Of a DNA stretch of 64,000 bases, positions 49,690-64,000 are shown piece after piece. The notes under the pieces are model-generated. The model made no database searches and had not been told where the DNA came from. It was given only the letters and a program-made list of their open reading frames with translations. The position numbers and the translations under genes were made by a program. The stretch covers positions 62,001 to 126,000 of the forward strand of contig NMRA01000120.1 of the NCBI GenBank assembly GCA_002633005.1, read 5' to 3'. This DNA comes from Phoronis australis (Eukaryota; Animalia; Phoronida). The stretch's first letter is position 1; the number at the start of each line of letters is the position of its first letter.

Positions 49690-50500
49690 ATCTGAAATTG
49701 TTTGTTCGCACGCTACAGGTCGCAATTTTTGTCCGATTTGCAGAAAATTCACACGCAACCTATAGCTCCGGATGAGCTGGTAATCTAATGTTTTTTTTCA
49801 TCGGATTCAAGATGGAGGATGTGGTGGCCATTTTGTTTTCAAATTCAAATTCAAATGCTCATAAAGGCTGCAATTTTTGACGTACACGGCTGAAAACCGG
49901 TACGATTATTGTACCAGACGTATACTGCTACAGGTGGTCAAAGATGGTGGAAATATTGGTTATTATGTTTGGGCACCTCGATTTCGAGATAAAAACATTT
50001 TGTCCTGTAGACAGCGCATTGTTGGACCAATTGCTTTGAAATTTTTCATGTGGTAGTTTCATGTAGCTGGCTATTATCGACTGTTGCTTAACCGGAAGTC
50101 ATTTTCAAAATGGCAGATCTGGCACATTTTCATCATTTTTGCCGGGGTGCCATTTTGAACAAGAAGAGGAAATAATGTGAATTTTTGCGTGTGGATTTGC
50201 TAAGGTTTATTCTTTCAAATGAACGATGACAATTTTTTTCTCAGACGTAACGTTTTTGAGTTATTTGACTTTCAGTTTTAAAAAAATGCAAAATTTTGTG
50301 GAATTTTGTGAAACTATTCTGTTAGATAGAGTTTTGAACGGGCTTTCAGTAGATGTTTTCTGTTTTTCGTCAGACCGTCTCGTTTGGAGTTATTCGAGAT
50401 TTTCTGATAACGCTGTTCCTTTGTTGACTGATTTTGTTGCACTTTTGTTGGTTTACGTTCTGTTGAACAAGACTCTACTTCTTACTCATTTCTGACGTCT
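49690..50500. repeat. Helentron/HINE-like repeat remnant
   Basis: caagatgg...ggtggccattttg, caaaatggc and gcaatttttg unit motifs. Boundaries are approximate and the family call is an inference. Confidence 0.4.
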
Positions 50501-50518
50501 TCATTCGTCGTATGATTT

Positions 50519-50578
50519 TTATCATCATCATCATCATCGCCTCCATCATCATCATCATTATCATCGTTGTCGTCATCT
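50519..50578. repeat. Imperfect (ATC)n microsatellite
   Basis: atcatcatcatcatcatc...catcatcatcatcattatcatc. Confidence 0.9.
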
Positions 50579-52405
50579 TCTGCATTGTCATGTGTTTAGT
50601 CAATTTTGCCAAGTGTCACACCTCCAAGCGCTTTCATCTTGTTTGGTGTCGCCAAGGGATGAAAAGATAACTTTTGAAGCAATGGCGCGGGTGCCCTTCC
50701 TCCCACCCAAAACTGGTTAGCGTTTAGTAAAACGAACAAAAAACAAAACCTACATTATTTTTAATCTGCTCTGGTTGATTTTCTTTCTGAAAAAGTGAGC
50801 AACTAATTACTTTCCACCAACGTTTTTAAAAAATGATAACTTTTCACCAACGTTTTTAGAAAAAAATGCAGACCAGAATCCGCTCTTGCTGAAAATCCGT
50901 GTTGTGGTAGTGGGAGTGCACTTGATGCTTCACATTAATTGCAAGGAAGTGACCCTCAAGGTCATGTTGGGTTTTTCCTTGGATGTATTTAGGACCAGTT
51001 CTGGTTAAACATTAAACAGAATATGTCAATTGATTTTCAATAGTCTCTTGGAACCTTTTTTGTGATGTCACAGATGCGTTAATCGAAGCAGCTCTTTCAT
51101 CGTCCTGATGAGCTAATAGTACACCAATTCTTCACTTATTTTGCATAAAAACAATTGTCATTTTTCCTTTTTTCTAATGCAGTGTACTTTGCTACATATA
51201 ACGGTAACCTTGCTAATTGTTGTTTTATGACTAAACTGAGTCGTAGACTAAATATTCTCAATCTTTATTTTTGTGGAGAAATTTGATGAAATAAATTTTC
51301 ACTTGTCGGCCACATGGTGTGCTAAATAAGTGTAGAATTACTGAACACACCTGAGTATGTTGTGTTTTACCGTGTGTTCTGTGAATGTCTGTCTTACTCT
51401 TGGTGTCCGTAAACAGGGACATCGCGTTCTCTTAGTTGTTCTCTGGACTATTGTCGGCAAATTTTGCAGCTGTTGTATCTGGAAATAGCACAACCTTTGA
51501 TTTGGAAAACAGAATGATAAGGATATTTTTGAAACTGGTAACTGACCCACTTCAATATAAATGGATTTCAAGAGTATTATCAGACGAACATCGCAGCTTA
51601 TCCCGGACTGTTGTGCTAAAGTCTTGTCAATATCAGACAGAATAATTGCCAAAATTTAATTTTTCAAAAGCTTCTTTAGTGTTGCTGTGAATGACCACAA
51701 GTTCTCAGGACACTGGTAGCTATAGCAACACACTTAAAACTGAAAGTTTTTATTTTGTGCTACTTATCGTTGATGAGAAAAATCACGACTGGCTGCCTCA
51801 TTGGGCCCTGTATTTTTTCGGCTTTTTATTGTAACTGAGTTGCTCTCAAATTTATTGGCTGGTATTACTGAAGGTGTCTTAGGCAGATGTTCTCAGAAGA
51901 GATGTACTAATGGCACATTGACCTTGCCATGTGTAACCCTTATGTCAAGGTGCATTGCCCCTTATATGTACTATTTGGTGTGGGTGGTAAAAGTCGGGTA
52001 TGATCAGTACAATTAGTACTTACACACTTGGACCTTGAGAGACATCTACACCAATAACTTGTGTGCGGGCATGAGAGTGATAGGGGACTAAGTACCCTAT
52101 TCTCATCAAAGCGATTATAACTTATAAAACTGATTTCAATGTAACTCTTAGTTTCAACAATCTAAAGTCAGATTTAAAATGATAAGTGATGTGTGGTTAC
52201 AGCCTTCTGTGAGGTTATCACTAACATAAGTCTGTGTGAACACTGGAGGCGCTGCTGTCAAATGTCCTTGAAAACAATGATGTACTGAGGCACTATGTGA
52301 CATGAATTGAAAAGTGATAGCACTGACAACTAGGGACTAAAACCGTAGACCAGGGTTACAAGTTTTTACTATGAAAAGTAACAATTACATAACACTTACA
52401 ACTAT

Positions 52406-52809
52406 AGGCCCTTTCATAATGACTTAACTCTGGTCTAAGCGGAGCTTCGACGTAAACTGTGAAGTTAACTGAACCGTTCATACTGGCTTCGGTAGTTAAC
52501 GGACATCGAAGTAAATGTTGTCATCGAAGTAATCGCAAGGTAGCACTCATGCATCATGTGCACGCTAAGATTTGTTTATGTGACAATTAGGGAACATTTA
52601 CATGTGCTAATTTACATGAAACTTATTTTTAATTTGATTGTTGATTATTCGAGCTAAATATAAGCAACTATTAGTGACGACACTGCCCTTTAATTGTTGA
52701 CAGTAATAGTGGCCTCTGGCGATAACTTCGATGTGACCGAAGTTGACCGTTCGTACTGCACTGCAACTCCCCATAACATCCACGCGATGACATTAGTATG
52801 AAAGGGCCA
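52406..52809. mobile_element. PIF/Harbinger-like MITE, copy 2 (nested in another repeat)
   Basis: TIRs ggccctttcata / tatgaaagggcc, with a 3-bp TSD (tat, or ata depending on the end). Colinear with 8769-9284 apart from an internal deletion. Confidence 0.8.
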
Positions 52810-55800
52810 TATGGAAAGAGTGATAACCTGGTTTAGTTGGTCTTAAGTTTAAACACAGCTTAGTTGTGTATTGCCTGGTCAGGTCCTCTTATCCAAGGTG
52901 AAATGTGATCTTTGAAATAGATGAAAGCCAGTTTATGTTAAAAGCTCGCCAATTTAGGACAAGTGAAACGTTATTTTTCTAATTTTCCATAAAAGATTCG
53001 AGCACCAAATTAGTGCTTTGTCATGTGCAATGGATGTACCATATCTAATTGGCAATACTTTGAGAAACTGAGGGCATTCACAACAAGGTTGGAAGACTTA
53101 ACAATTATTTTTGTTCAAAATCAGTCAGATTTTATTGCGTATTGTTTCAGTTGGCAACAGTACTGCATAATTTCGTGTTACAACAGGTAGCACTTGTTGA
53201 ATCTGAAATGGTTTTACTAACAGCTGGTCTAACATTATTTGCTAACCTCCTAGGCTGGCAGTGCTCCAAAGTGCTGAAAATTTTGACGGAAAATATACAC
53301 CGTGTAGACATGAATGAGAGTGCAGCCTGATTGGATCAATATTCCCATCACAAAATCAGAAGAAAATTGCCACGCTCCAGTATTGTCAAGTGACCACTTG
53401 TTCAGTGATTTCTATTTTTAGATGTTAATGTTTTCTAAAGCCCTGCAAGCTGTCATGTACGAACTACTTGCAATACAGCCAAAAAGTTGAACAGTTTTAT
53501 TAATGTGAAGATATGGCCTTTTTTAATCCATTGAAGATAAGTAAGCCATTGACAACTGTCACAGTGTTACACGAGTAGTTTCGTTTTCTGGATTTTCAAA
53601 AGTTTGCTGTTTTGCTGTTCCCTAATTATTTAGGACGGTCACACAGTCAGTTGTTTTTATTTCTGACGCCCAGTTTTAGAGTGCATTCAAAAATGCCCAT
53701 GATTTCAGTCAATATTTTAAGAATGAAGTTTCTGAGTATCTAGAATTGTAGCAATTTTTTTGAAAACTCTTCGGAAGTCCTTGATTTTTCAGCATCATCA
53801 TCAAATCATTCAAAGCTATGATATCAAAACAAGCATTGATTACTGTTGTACATCACAGATGCATTTAAGTTATACGTTTGCAGGATCTAATGGTGGTGAT
53901 ATTACGGTAGATCTTTGAATTTTTAATTCTGAAATTAACCATTGAAACTTCTTGGAAGTTCTTAATTTTCTAGAGCCTCAAAGTATGGTGTATGAATGAT
54001 GCCAAATTTGTCTCAAACTTTTCAGTGCTGTGATAGACTTTGGTTTCCAATCCAAAACGTAACATTCAGTAGATCAAGTAAAAAGGAGTCAAAACACTGC
54101 GTACTTTTAATACGAACCCCTGTGTATCAGTTAAAGGTTATCAGTCCATACATTGTGATATTAGAAACCATTATGCACACGATTACCGTGTAAATACTCC
54201 GAAACTCGCTATTCTCCACAAGCGGTATTCTTACTTGCATCTAAATGCTCACAACAGTGCTTTTCTCCTGTGCGACAAATTTTCGGGCATATTACTACTA
54301 ACGGCTGCGTTAGTCACAACCCCGCAGTTAACATCATACGAAGCCATTATGCTAACGGAAATCCTCACTTTGCGCAAGTGCACTACAAGCCACATTTCCC
54401 GCGGAGTTAAAAAAGTGGAAAATCTACGTGCTTCTTGATCTCTTTGTGGAGTGAGTCGCAGGTCTCTGGAGGGTTGTCCGGGACCAACGCTAGCATTAAC
54501 GGAACAAAAGCGGATGTAAACTATTAATGCAAAGGTTTCTCAGTTAAGCATGTGAATTGGGCTATTGCTACCGTGGCAAGGACATTTTTGGATCATTTTG
54601 TTAATGAGCCCATTTCTTCATTTCTGTGTTCATGTGCTGAGGAAGGAAATGCCCCTTTAAGAATCTGTAATTAGTTTAAGTCAGATTTTGAAAGAATTGT
54701 AATTGATAGTGGCTCTTTCATCTTTGAGCCGGAGTTTTCACTCATAGTTTCCATTTATTGCTGCAAAAGTAAACTCCAAATAATTTTGGGAATTTGTTTA
54801 AATCCAAAATTGTTGGAGTCTGGGCAGAGTTTGTCAGAAGTCTGTGCAAATAGACCAGACTGCTTTTGAAATGTCTTTTCATTCTTTATGTTACTTACAA
54901 TGGCTTAGTAGTTAATAAACAAACAGGGTGAACATATGGTACATTGAGGTGTTGCTATTTGAAGACCATAACGTTGTTTTAATTTCAATAGTAAGGCACG
55001 TATAATACAACTTAAACATTTGTTATCAAGGTTCTCACTGGGCAAAAATCCAAGCACTGCTCAAAGTGCATGTATGCATGGTTCTTGGCTTCATTTTCTC
55101 CCTTTGATAATTCACTGAAACAAATATTGTACACATGTAATAGATTGTTTGAGACTGTGTTAGGAGTTTGTAAGTAGTTTTACTCTAAGTAGTGGTAGGT
55201 TTTGATGTGTGACTAATCGCGTATGAACATAAATCAGTAAATGTGCAGTTTATCATGTTACCTTCATCGAGTTGGCATTATTTGATGCCAAGTTAGAGGG
55301 CCCTGCAGTGTCAGGGCTGTCGTCTAAAAGGGTTGCATCTGTGGTGGGCCTACTAATTCTTCAGTTAGGGTCACAATATGACGGACTAGTGTAATTTAGT
55401 TTTGTCATTTCTCAACAATTTTTGCTGGGGTGTAGTACAGAGGTCACCAACAAACATTTGGTAAAACTATTATTAGCAGTTTTCTAAAACTTACAATCAA
55501 ATTGAAAAAAGAGTAATTTTAACAGCTGTATTCGTCCCAAATTGAAGATTTTTATGGTAGTGCTGTTTGGTTGAGTAGTATTTATCTTGCGTGATCAGTG
55601 ACGCTGATGTAAAAATATTCCATCAATCTCTTTGTTGCCTTGGCGTTATGGTGGTATGTTAAAAATTGTAAATAATTTGCCCATCATTTATGTCAATCTA
55701 CTGCTAAATGTGTGGTAAAATATCTTAAATGGATGATCACTAAGCTTGGTGCATTTCATAATTGTTTGGTGTAGTTGTAGTGTGATATACTGTCTCTGCA

Positions 55801-58407
55801 GCCACTGTCTGAGATGTACCATGTGTTGTGTTCTGGTATTACATACCAACCAGAAGCCTTCCTCTGATTATTAAAGAGAACTAGACTAGGTTAATCTATT
55901 GGCACATATTTAGGCACTGCTGTTTGTAAAGCTGTGACTTAATCCCAAAATTTGGTGCATCCTGTTTTGTGAAGCACCATAACACAAAACGTGTAGGGTA
56001 GCTACCATTGGTAGTAGAGAAGTTTGACTTGCTTATTACATAACAGTAGAATGTTGACATATTTTCTATTTTAATGTTAACTGCGGTTAGGTACTACATT
56101 TAATGATGGTGTACTCAGCATAGATGTAAAACTGACAGAAAACATCCAAATTAAGACACACGCATAACTTCTTGCGATTCTTATAGTTGTGTGCCTTTAT
56201 TCAAAACAGTTGAGCGAAAAAATCTTGAAAAATGACATTATTGCGGTGGTAGTCCCTTGGGTCTTAATGTAATCAAACCTTATTACAATGTATACATCGA
56301 GAGACTTTTGAAATTGTCCGTTATTATAATAACTGGTTGTAACCATGGTAGATATACTTACAATAGCTAAAATCGGGACTTATGGTTCGTTATGTTGCTA
56401 TTAATGTTTTAAACAGCGTATGTCGAAGGGATGAACAGGCATGTTAGATATCTTTGGTGAATGCACGCAGTTGTGTATACTTCAGTTTGTTTTTAGTGCA
56501 TTGTATTCAAACTTGGTGCTGAGCCAGTGTGTTTGAAAAACCTTAGCTAAGCTAACTGTTTAGAATTCTTGAGCTGTTGGGAAACACCAACAATTGAAAA
56601 ACAGTACTGCTTAGATCATGAGATGCTTTTAAAAGTGAATCCAAATCATGTTTACGTTGTTTTTACTGTCATTTAGCACTAAGAACGATTACTACACAAC
56701 AACAATGTCGCTAGCCATGCATGGACTTTCTATCCAGTGAGAAGCCACACTTGATCACACTAAGGAACACTTTACTTTGTTTCACACCTGTGCTCTTTAA
56801 AGTAAGCAGTCTGGCTACAGTAGTGCTAGTGAAAGCTAAGGGGTACTTGTAACTGTTCACTTTCTTGATGTTTTTGTTACCAGCGGAAGTGCTAAGGGAA
56901 ATGCCAGTGTTTTAGCCATTTTGTGAATGGGGTATGAGGCTACTGATTAGAGTCTGTTTTCTATAAAGTGAAAGTTTATTGCCAATCTTCTTAGATGCAT
57001 TTTATGGATATCTGACAAATGCTTGAAAGTGGTATGTTAATAGCTTCCTGCCCAAAGTCTGGTTATGCTGTGAAAACAGGTGTGTTTTAGACAAGAGTAA
57101 TTGCTAAAATTGCCACATTTCTGTTTTTCAGAGGATTACTACATTGTTGCAAATGCTCAAAATTTTACCGAATGTTGTTTTTTTATGTATTTATTATCCT
57201 TTACAAAACAATTACAAAAACAAACAAACAAACAAATAAGTACACCATTCATTCACGCATGCACACCTCAGGAAGACCATTCTCATATCTCGTTTAAAGT
57301 AAATATCTTCTACATGAACTTAACATGAACAATAAATTTTTCCCATTTTGCAGAGAAGCTGTCATGTACAAAGTTTTTATGTGCATTTAATTTTTCAGCA
57401 TTATAGTATTCATAAGTTTTTGTAACGAACTTGAGAAAATTAGGTATATTTTTGTGACATCTCTCTTTGTAAATGTACTGTTTAGCTAGTAGAAGTAAAA
57501 TGTTAAATAGAAAATCTTGCGTCTTGTAAAGTCCAAGAATAACAATATCGTAAGACAGACAGTTGGGAAGCTGAATGCCACACTTTTGAAGTAGCTTTTC
57601 GAATTCCTTCCAGAAATCTTGTACAAAGCTACATTCCCAAAAAAGGTGTGTTGTGTTATAATAGCTACGTTATACAACCCATGCTAAAAGCAAAATTTTC
57701 CTGAATTTTTCATCTATCTGCCATTTCGTGGCCTAAACTGAAAAATTTTTACCCTAAGAGTCATCTTTGCTCAGGAGACCCCCCTGATTCCTGGAACTAA
57801 TGCTCACAACACTGCCTCCCCAGTAATGCTGTTTGAACTGTGCACGTTGTTCCTAATGCTAGTTGTAGGTTTAGCGTGGCAAGAAATATTGATGTTAGTG
57901 AAGTTTCTGTCTGTGCACACAAAGCTGTTAGATAATAGTTATGACGTCAGATGACATTGGTTGCCTCTAATTCAATATTTGTTGTTGAAAATAGCAACTC
58001 TTAAGGCAAGCTGAGCATGTGTGTGGGATAACACAGTCAATTTGTGATTAAAGCCAATCTGGAGTGGATTATTTTGCTTCTTGTATTTGGCAGTTTGCCA
58101 AGTTTCGCAAGTCTCGCGTAAAAGGAAACTTCCTTGAGTCTTTGTTAAATGTTCTTTTCCTGGGAGACAAAACGAAAGTACTGTTGGAAAATGTTTCTTT
58201 TTTCTTTCTTGTTTTCCTTGTCATTGTTCTCATCTACTGTGGAGAATGTGTAATATATCCTCAAGTATTATGTACACTGTTTACACACTCGGGCAGTGTC
58301 CAATAATATGTAATTTTGTTGTTTATATTATCTACGTGTGTAATTGTTTTGTAAAGCTTGAAAGAGGAATATTAAATAATAAATAGGGCATCAAGTCACC
58401 CTGGGAA

Positions 58408-58646
58408 CCCGGGGGGTCACTCATATTGACAAGGTGCTCACAGACTTGTACTGAAAACTGCGGGTAGGTGGTACTGTTTCAGCAAGTTTTGCGACACCGG
58501 CGCGGTGTCCAGTAGACCTCTAAATTTCCATTCCTATCTCACAAAAGGAGGTGGGAATTAGCAGACCTGACACCTGCATCAGGGTGTCTCATCATTTTTT
58601 GATACATATCTGCAGACACCTTGTCAATATGAGTGACCCCCCTGGG
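58408..58646. mobile_element. MITE with about 29-bp TIRs starting CCCGGGGGG
   Basis: cccggggggtcactcatattgacaaggtg / caccttgtcaatatgagtgacccccctggg. Confidence 0.85.
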
Positions 58647-59699
58647 CCTGGACAGCAACCAGGACAGTCTGCCTGAGGACCTTGTTGCACTGAAATCAGA
58701 GTATCCAAGCCTGTCAATTTCTTGATGAAACATCAACATTGGACAAAACATGACTCAAATGTGACTCTTTTGTCAGAGGATTATGTATAACGGAGGATAA
58801 AACTTCTCTAGTTTGGGACAATGGCCAAAATTTGGGACACAGAAATCCAAGTGGAAATAAGGTTTTCCTGATTCTGAAGTTTGTTTACATGGGCGATTTT
58901 TTGATGTATCATGTCTGTCCGTTTGTAGGCCAGTGCGAGTTTGAAAATAAATTTGGAAGTTCATAAAAAGTAATGCTGATCATTCACACTCCAGTAAAAC
59001 CTGCTTCCAATACCGTTGAATTTAGGATGCCGAGTATTGCGAATTTCCCAAAATTCGCTACCAACTACAGCCTTCAGAGGAACACTTATTTTTTCGCTGT
59101 TCCAGTTTACAGAATTTTCACTGTAGGTACACCATGACACCTTCTTGAGCAAACCATAATGAAGTCTTTGGTCCCTGTCAACATGCAGTTTGCTGCCAGC
59201 AGACATTAAGCTGATAGGTCATTATTTGGAAACCTCTGGAATATTTTTGACACACTTCATGTTCGGAACAAGTAGACATACAACATATTATTACACTTGC
59301 AAAGAAATGGATACACACGCACGCACGCACACGCACACACACACGTGACCCTATGAGGTTGTTATGAGTCACTGACTTACATTACATTTGGGCATCCGTT
59401 GACAACAGCACCACCTGTGGTGGCTGATGGATGCATAGAAGGCAACTGAAACACACACACTGATCATTTCCAACCAACAAAAAGGATCCAAAAAGCAGTT
59501 TAGACCCCCCCTGCTAAGTAATCGGAGTTGCTTAACGAAGCAACACCTTTATTTTCAATTTTTCGAATCGGTGATAATGGTGCGTTCAGTTTATAGTCTC
59601 CGAAGTACTAAGATTGCATGGTGGACATTTTGGGGTTACACCACAGCAGTTCTTCGCTTCTGTTGCGCAAAGAATGGTCAACAAGTAAAATTCCATTTC

Positions 59700-59833
59700 G
59701 TCAAAAGTTAATGACCGTTCATACCACACACCAGCGTCAATGCTCCGCTCTTAAATCCACCAGTTTACTGCGAAGTTAACCGTTCATACTAATCGCAACT
59801 CCCTAAAACGTCGACGCTAGTATGAAGGGGCCT
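59700..59833. mobile_element. Right-end fragment of the Harbinger-like MITE family (8769-9284)
   Basis: cttaaatccacc...cgttcatact...cgcaactccc...gtcgacg.tagtatgaaggggcc matches the right end of copy 1. Confidence 0.7.
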
Positions 59834-61465
59834 GAAATGTCCAGTGTGTACTCTCTGACGCCTGTAAGTTCGCTTCATGATCAAAATAGCGTTGTGTGTT
59901 CATGATACTGCGTCTCAAGTTGGTGATGATTAATTGTATGTTTTCTGAGACAGAAGCCATTCCATAAACCACAGTCACAATTAATGTGCTTCATTTTTCA
60001 CAATTAAATTGATAAACCTGACATTGGCATATCTCACACTTTCAATTCTCCACCTTCTAAGCTAAGAATGTTTCTTTAGGCAAGTTCACTGTCCTACATA
60101 ATATTATTCAGCGTATGTTGATCACAGCCAGTTATTGATTACAATAACCAATTAGTGTACATCAGATGATAATATTAATCCGTGGGCACGGATTACTTAG
60201 TGAGAGCTTTGAGTAAAGACTAGAGTGGGAAAATGAGACATGCAAAATTTACGTCCTGTGTAAATGTTCGTGGTTTGGTCTCCTTGTGGGAGTCTGCTGG
60301 AAACTCAGCTTTTGTGTTGATAACTGTTATTTTAATTCATCCTATTGACCCTGGTGTGCAGATATGTTCTATTATTAATCAAGAAAAATACCAATGATTG
60401 ACCTCATTTTAGTATAACCACTTTTTCTAAAAAAAGATATTTATTTGGCTAAGCATCAAACGGTTATAGATAAGAAAGCTTATTTGTGGTGAATTTGGGA
60501 CAAAAGTAATTGTCAAAATTTTATAGTTTTCTGGAGCTTCCTCAGCTTCCTAGAACTGTTCACACTTGTGGCCACAACATCAGCCAGGATCAATGTGCCA
60601 ATGAGTGCTGTCTTGTCACAGTAATGTGGGCTTCACATATCAGGGTCTGTGTGAATGCATTATTTCCAGCACTCATGAATTAAAAATGTGGTGGCAAGGG
60701 TAGAATGTAACAATTAGGTAGACATTTTGATTATGATTGACAGGTGGATTTAACTGTCAGTACTAGTTATTGGAGGTTATAAATTGCAAATTCCATCGAA
60801 AAAAATTCACTGACAGACAATAAATCGCTAGTTTAACATTTTTTGCTTTGAATGTTGGTCATCCTTTCTTAAAATCTAGTTCTTTAAGAAACTTTCTTTT
60901 TTCATATACTGTCTGTGGGGATTAAGTAAAATTTGCATAAATCGGATCTAAGGGGATCGACATTCTATCCGATTATGGTGAAATCTGCCTGATATGACTG
61001 ATACATGTACCAATGATAAATACTTGTTTCACAAGCTCGCTTCCAGAAGTGAAAAGGAGATGGACACAAAGTACAAAGAACAGATAAAAATAAAATACAC
61101 TATGGTAAAATGGGCAGTAAAAAAGCGTATTTAAACACAGAGTTATGAGAGGGTGCCAATAGTGAGTGGGTGGGCAATATTTGAGGAATGTTTGGACACG
61201 TGTGTCTGTGTAGCTGACACAAGGAAATGGAACTGAAACACATGAGTTTACAAACAAAGAAAAATTCTGTAGACAAGTGACAGTCATCATACTGTGCGAG
61301 CCAGGACCTGACAGAAGTCGTGGCACATGATGATATAAAGGGTTGATTCCTCAAACTAAAACAAGAGTACTGTGAAGCTTGCTTAAAATTTCACGTCACT
61401 GTTAATTTATAAACAACTCAGTGTGCACTCCTGGTTTTCACTAATTGATCAATTGTATTTTACAG

Positions 61466-61699
61466 GATGGTCCATTCAAGTGGAACAAGGATATTCAAGG
61501 TCACATTCTGGGCTCATTTTTCTATGGCTATCTTATAACACAAGTACCTGGGGGATGGTTGGCGTCGCGGTTTGGCGGGAAGCGCGTCTTTGGCTGGTTT
61601 ATGTTCGGCACAGCAGTGGCCACTCTTCTGATACCTGTGGCTTCAAGGGTCCACTATGCGTTCCTCATAGCTTTGAGAATCATCACGGGCATGGGATCG
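61466..61699 (+). CDS. Sialin-like SLC17 exon (TM2-TM4)
   Basis: ttacag|DGPFKWNKDIQGHILGSFFYGYLITQVPGGWLASRFGGKRVFG...LRIITGMGS|gtacgc. 234 nt, phase 0/0. Confidence 0.95.
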
Positions 61700-62066
61700 G
61701 TACGCTGGCACCTGCATGCCTGTCACTCAAGTGTCTTGCTTACAGATAAGCTCAAAGTGTATATCTGACAGAATTCAGTATTTGTCCGACAGATTTCACT
61801 ATTCATCCAGCAGATTTCAATAAGTTCTGTGTGTCATTTACTGTATTTATCGAGATGTTTGGTGAAAACTCGATTTCGTTATACAAAATAGTAAATATGA
61901 TACTAAGTCATCCATACAAGATAGACTGTCTGCCTTCTCTAAAACAAATGCATTCATATTTTTTTTGAATTTACGAATTAATTGCCTTTGGAATTACAGT
62001 TTGAACATTGAGCTGTCAAATCAGTTGAATGAGTACTACAGCTCACTGGACACTGCTTCGTTTCAG

Positions 62067-62154
62067 GGTGTGGTCTTCCCTGCTATGCATTCCATGTTTG
62101 CCAACTGGGCCCCACCGCTGGAGCGGTCGAAGCTTGCCAGTATTTCATATGCAG
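62067..62154 (+). CDS. Sialin-like SLC17 exon
   Basis: tttcag|[30 protein letters not shown]|gtattt. WAPPLERS signature. Confidence 0.95.
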
Positions 62155-63564
62155 GTATTTAATTGCTACTTCAGTTGATCACTAAATAATTCACAAGGTT
62201 GGTAGAGAACACATAGATTAATTCCTAATAGTCTTACACTTAATGTTCAATAGTTTCCGAAGATTGCTGCTGCGAGTAGCCGAAACTGAGTCACGGTACA
62301 CCGTTTTTGCTTGGTTGTGTTAATACGAATTAATCTATGTACTTCAGTTGATGTTATGTGTGGAACTAATGACTCATTATGTCACAAACCTGTGTATACT
62401 GGTACATTGCACAGTGATGCGTGAGCTGGAAGGAGTCTCAGCATGACACGTACTTGAAGCGGAACTCGAAAATATTTTTTGGCATTTTCTAGTTTAGTTT
62501 TGTGCCAACTAAAGAAAACAGACTCTATTATTCTGTGCTCATGTACATTATGGTTTGTGTATATGAGTTTCTCGTCCCAAGTTCGTACTTGATGACTCCT
62601 AGATTCGAGCTACAAACTCGAGTATAAACCCCACATTTCAAGTAAAAAATCAAAATTTCAAGTTCAGAGTTTTCTTGAGTTTTCCCAAGCCAAAAATATT
62701 TTTGAGTTTGATTTCGACACCTTCCCATTTGTGGATGGGTTCAATGTATTCTGAGTCATCTAATGGCCATTTTTATGATACAAATAAACACCCCTAGAAG
62801 CAAACCGTTTGCGGTGCAATTGTGGATGCATTTCAACACTCTGCATTGCTCATGTAAATGTCTAGCAGTACTGAGGTGGCTGTTCTTCTTAAGCCTAGAA
62901 ATCTCTTACTCTGAGCAAGGTGAGGCCAGGCGGGTGTTGTATAAGAGGCAGACAAGTAGCTGTATGAAGACAGCTAGGAGTTGGTGTCTGTTAACTTCAC
63001 ATAGACTTTGAAATTTCTCCACCCCTGGCAGTTCTGCTTGTCACCTCGTCGTGTACCTTATGTCAACAAGCAGAGCTAATTACTGGATGGTTTGCATGCA
63101 AAATCTAGGAGTCAACAGACCCTCACCTTGCCGGTTACATCCGTTTAGGTGAAAAACAGTTAAATAAATGTCATTCTCTGTCTTCTGTAACAAAGCAGAG
63201 TTAATGCTGCATTGCACTAGGACTAGTTCGGTAGAAGTGAGAAACTCTCCAAAACGCAAGATCATGCAAGCTTTTTGAAGACATCCCCGAGTATTATAAG
63301 TGGAATACAGGATATCATAGGATATCCTTCACAAGATTCTAGTGTCTATTAACTCAGCCCAGCATTGTAATGCAAAGTGTCTACTTCAAGAGTTGGTCTC
63401 TTAGCCGAATGGCGTAAACTGCATGCTGTGCTTAAGGATGCTGCGTACGGGGCTGTATTACTTTGTTGAAGTTGAGAAAACAGTAAATCGCTTACTGTAT
63501 ATTAGTTTTTATGAAAATATCCTCGGTTTAGTGCAGTTAAATATTGTATTTGTTTTTTTAACAG

Positions 63565-63660
63565 GTACCCAAATAGGAAACGTCATCACACTGCCAATAG
63601 CTGGACTACTGTGTGAATATGGTTTTGATGGCGGGTGGCCATCCATATTCTACATATTTG
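63565..63660 (+). CDS. Sialin-like SLC17 exon; gene continues beyond the right edge
   Basis: taacag|(G)TQIGNVITLPIAGLLCEYGFDGGWPSIFYIF G|gtatgg. Confidence 0.94.
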
Positions 63661-64000
63661 GTATGGAATTTGTGTCAAGCATTTTTTCTCAGACTTAGTG
63701 TTTACCATTTTCTAATCTTATTGGGAATGAGTTTCTTGTTAGGTAATAAAACAATTCTTGGAAATTTTGCACTCAGGTTTGCGTAAGAAATGAAGGTTCA
63801 AAACAGAAGACTCAACGTGACTTAAAAGTGACATTTTCAAGATTATGAATGGACCTTTACATCACACAGAGAAATTAATCGGATAAGATAGTACCTTTTT
63901 CCCCAGATTTCTTTTTCATCTAAACTGACTGAGAATGATGGATCATTGTGGCAAATTCCTAATTCGATTTAATTTGTTCTGTAATCGGTTACTGATGTAT

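Noticed and set aside
51100-51130. Hammerhead ribozyme core (CTGATGAG)
   Set aside because: There is no downstream GAAA core or closing stems.

Overview
Eukaryotic (animal, probably a marine invertebrate) genomic DNA, AT-rich, with large GT-AG introns. Four spliced protein-coding genes were reconstructed by hand. PARD3/Par-3: minus strand, first three coding exons, continuing off the left edge. Ankyrin-repeat + SOCS-box (ASB family) gene: plus strand, complete, 5 exons, about 447 aa. CHMP3/VPS24: minus strand, complete, 6 exons, about 215 aa. Sialin-like SLC17 transporter: plus strand, 5 exons, continuing off the right edge. Introns and intergenic DNA hold a 5'-truncated LINE, several MITE families, Helentron/HINE-like repeats and minisatellites. 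The most unusual item is a cluster of miniature LTR retroelements (TRIM-like) whose roughly 150-bp LTRs carry a tRNA-Glu-like Pol III cassette, in CHMP3 intron 1, with a related short LTR in ASB intron 3. No prokaryotic system or CRISPR array is present. All family assignments come from reading the sequence; no searches were run.
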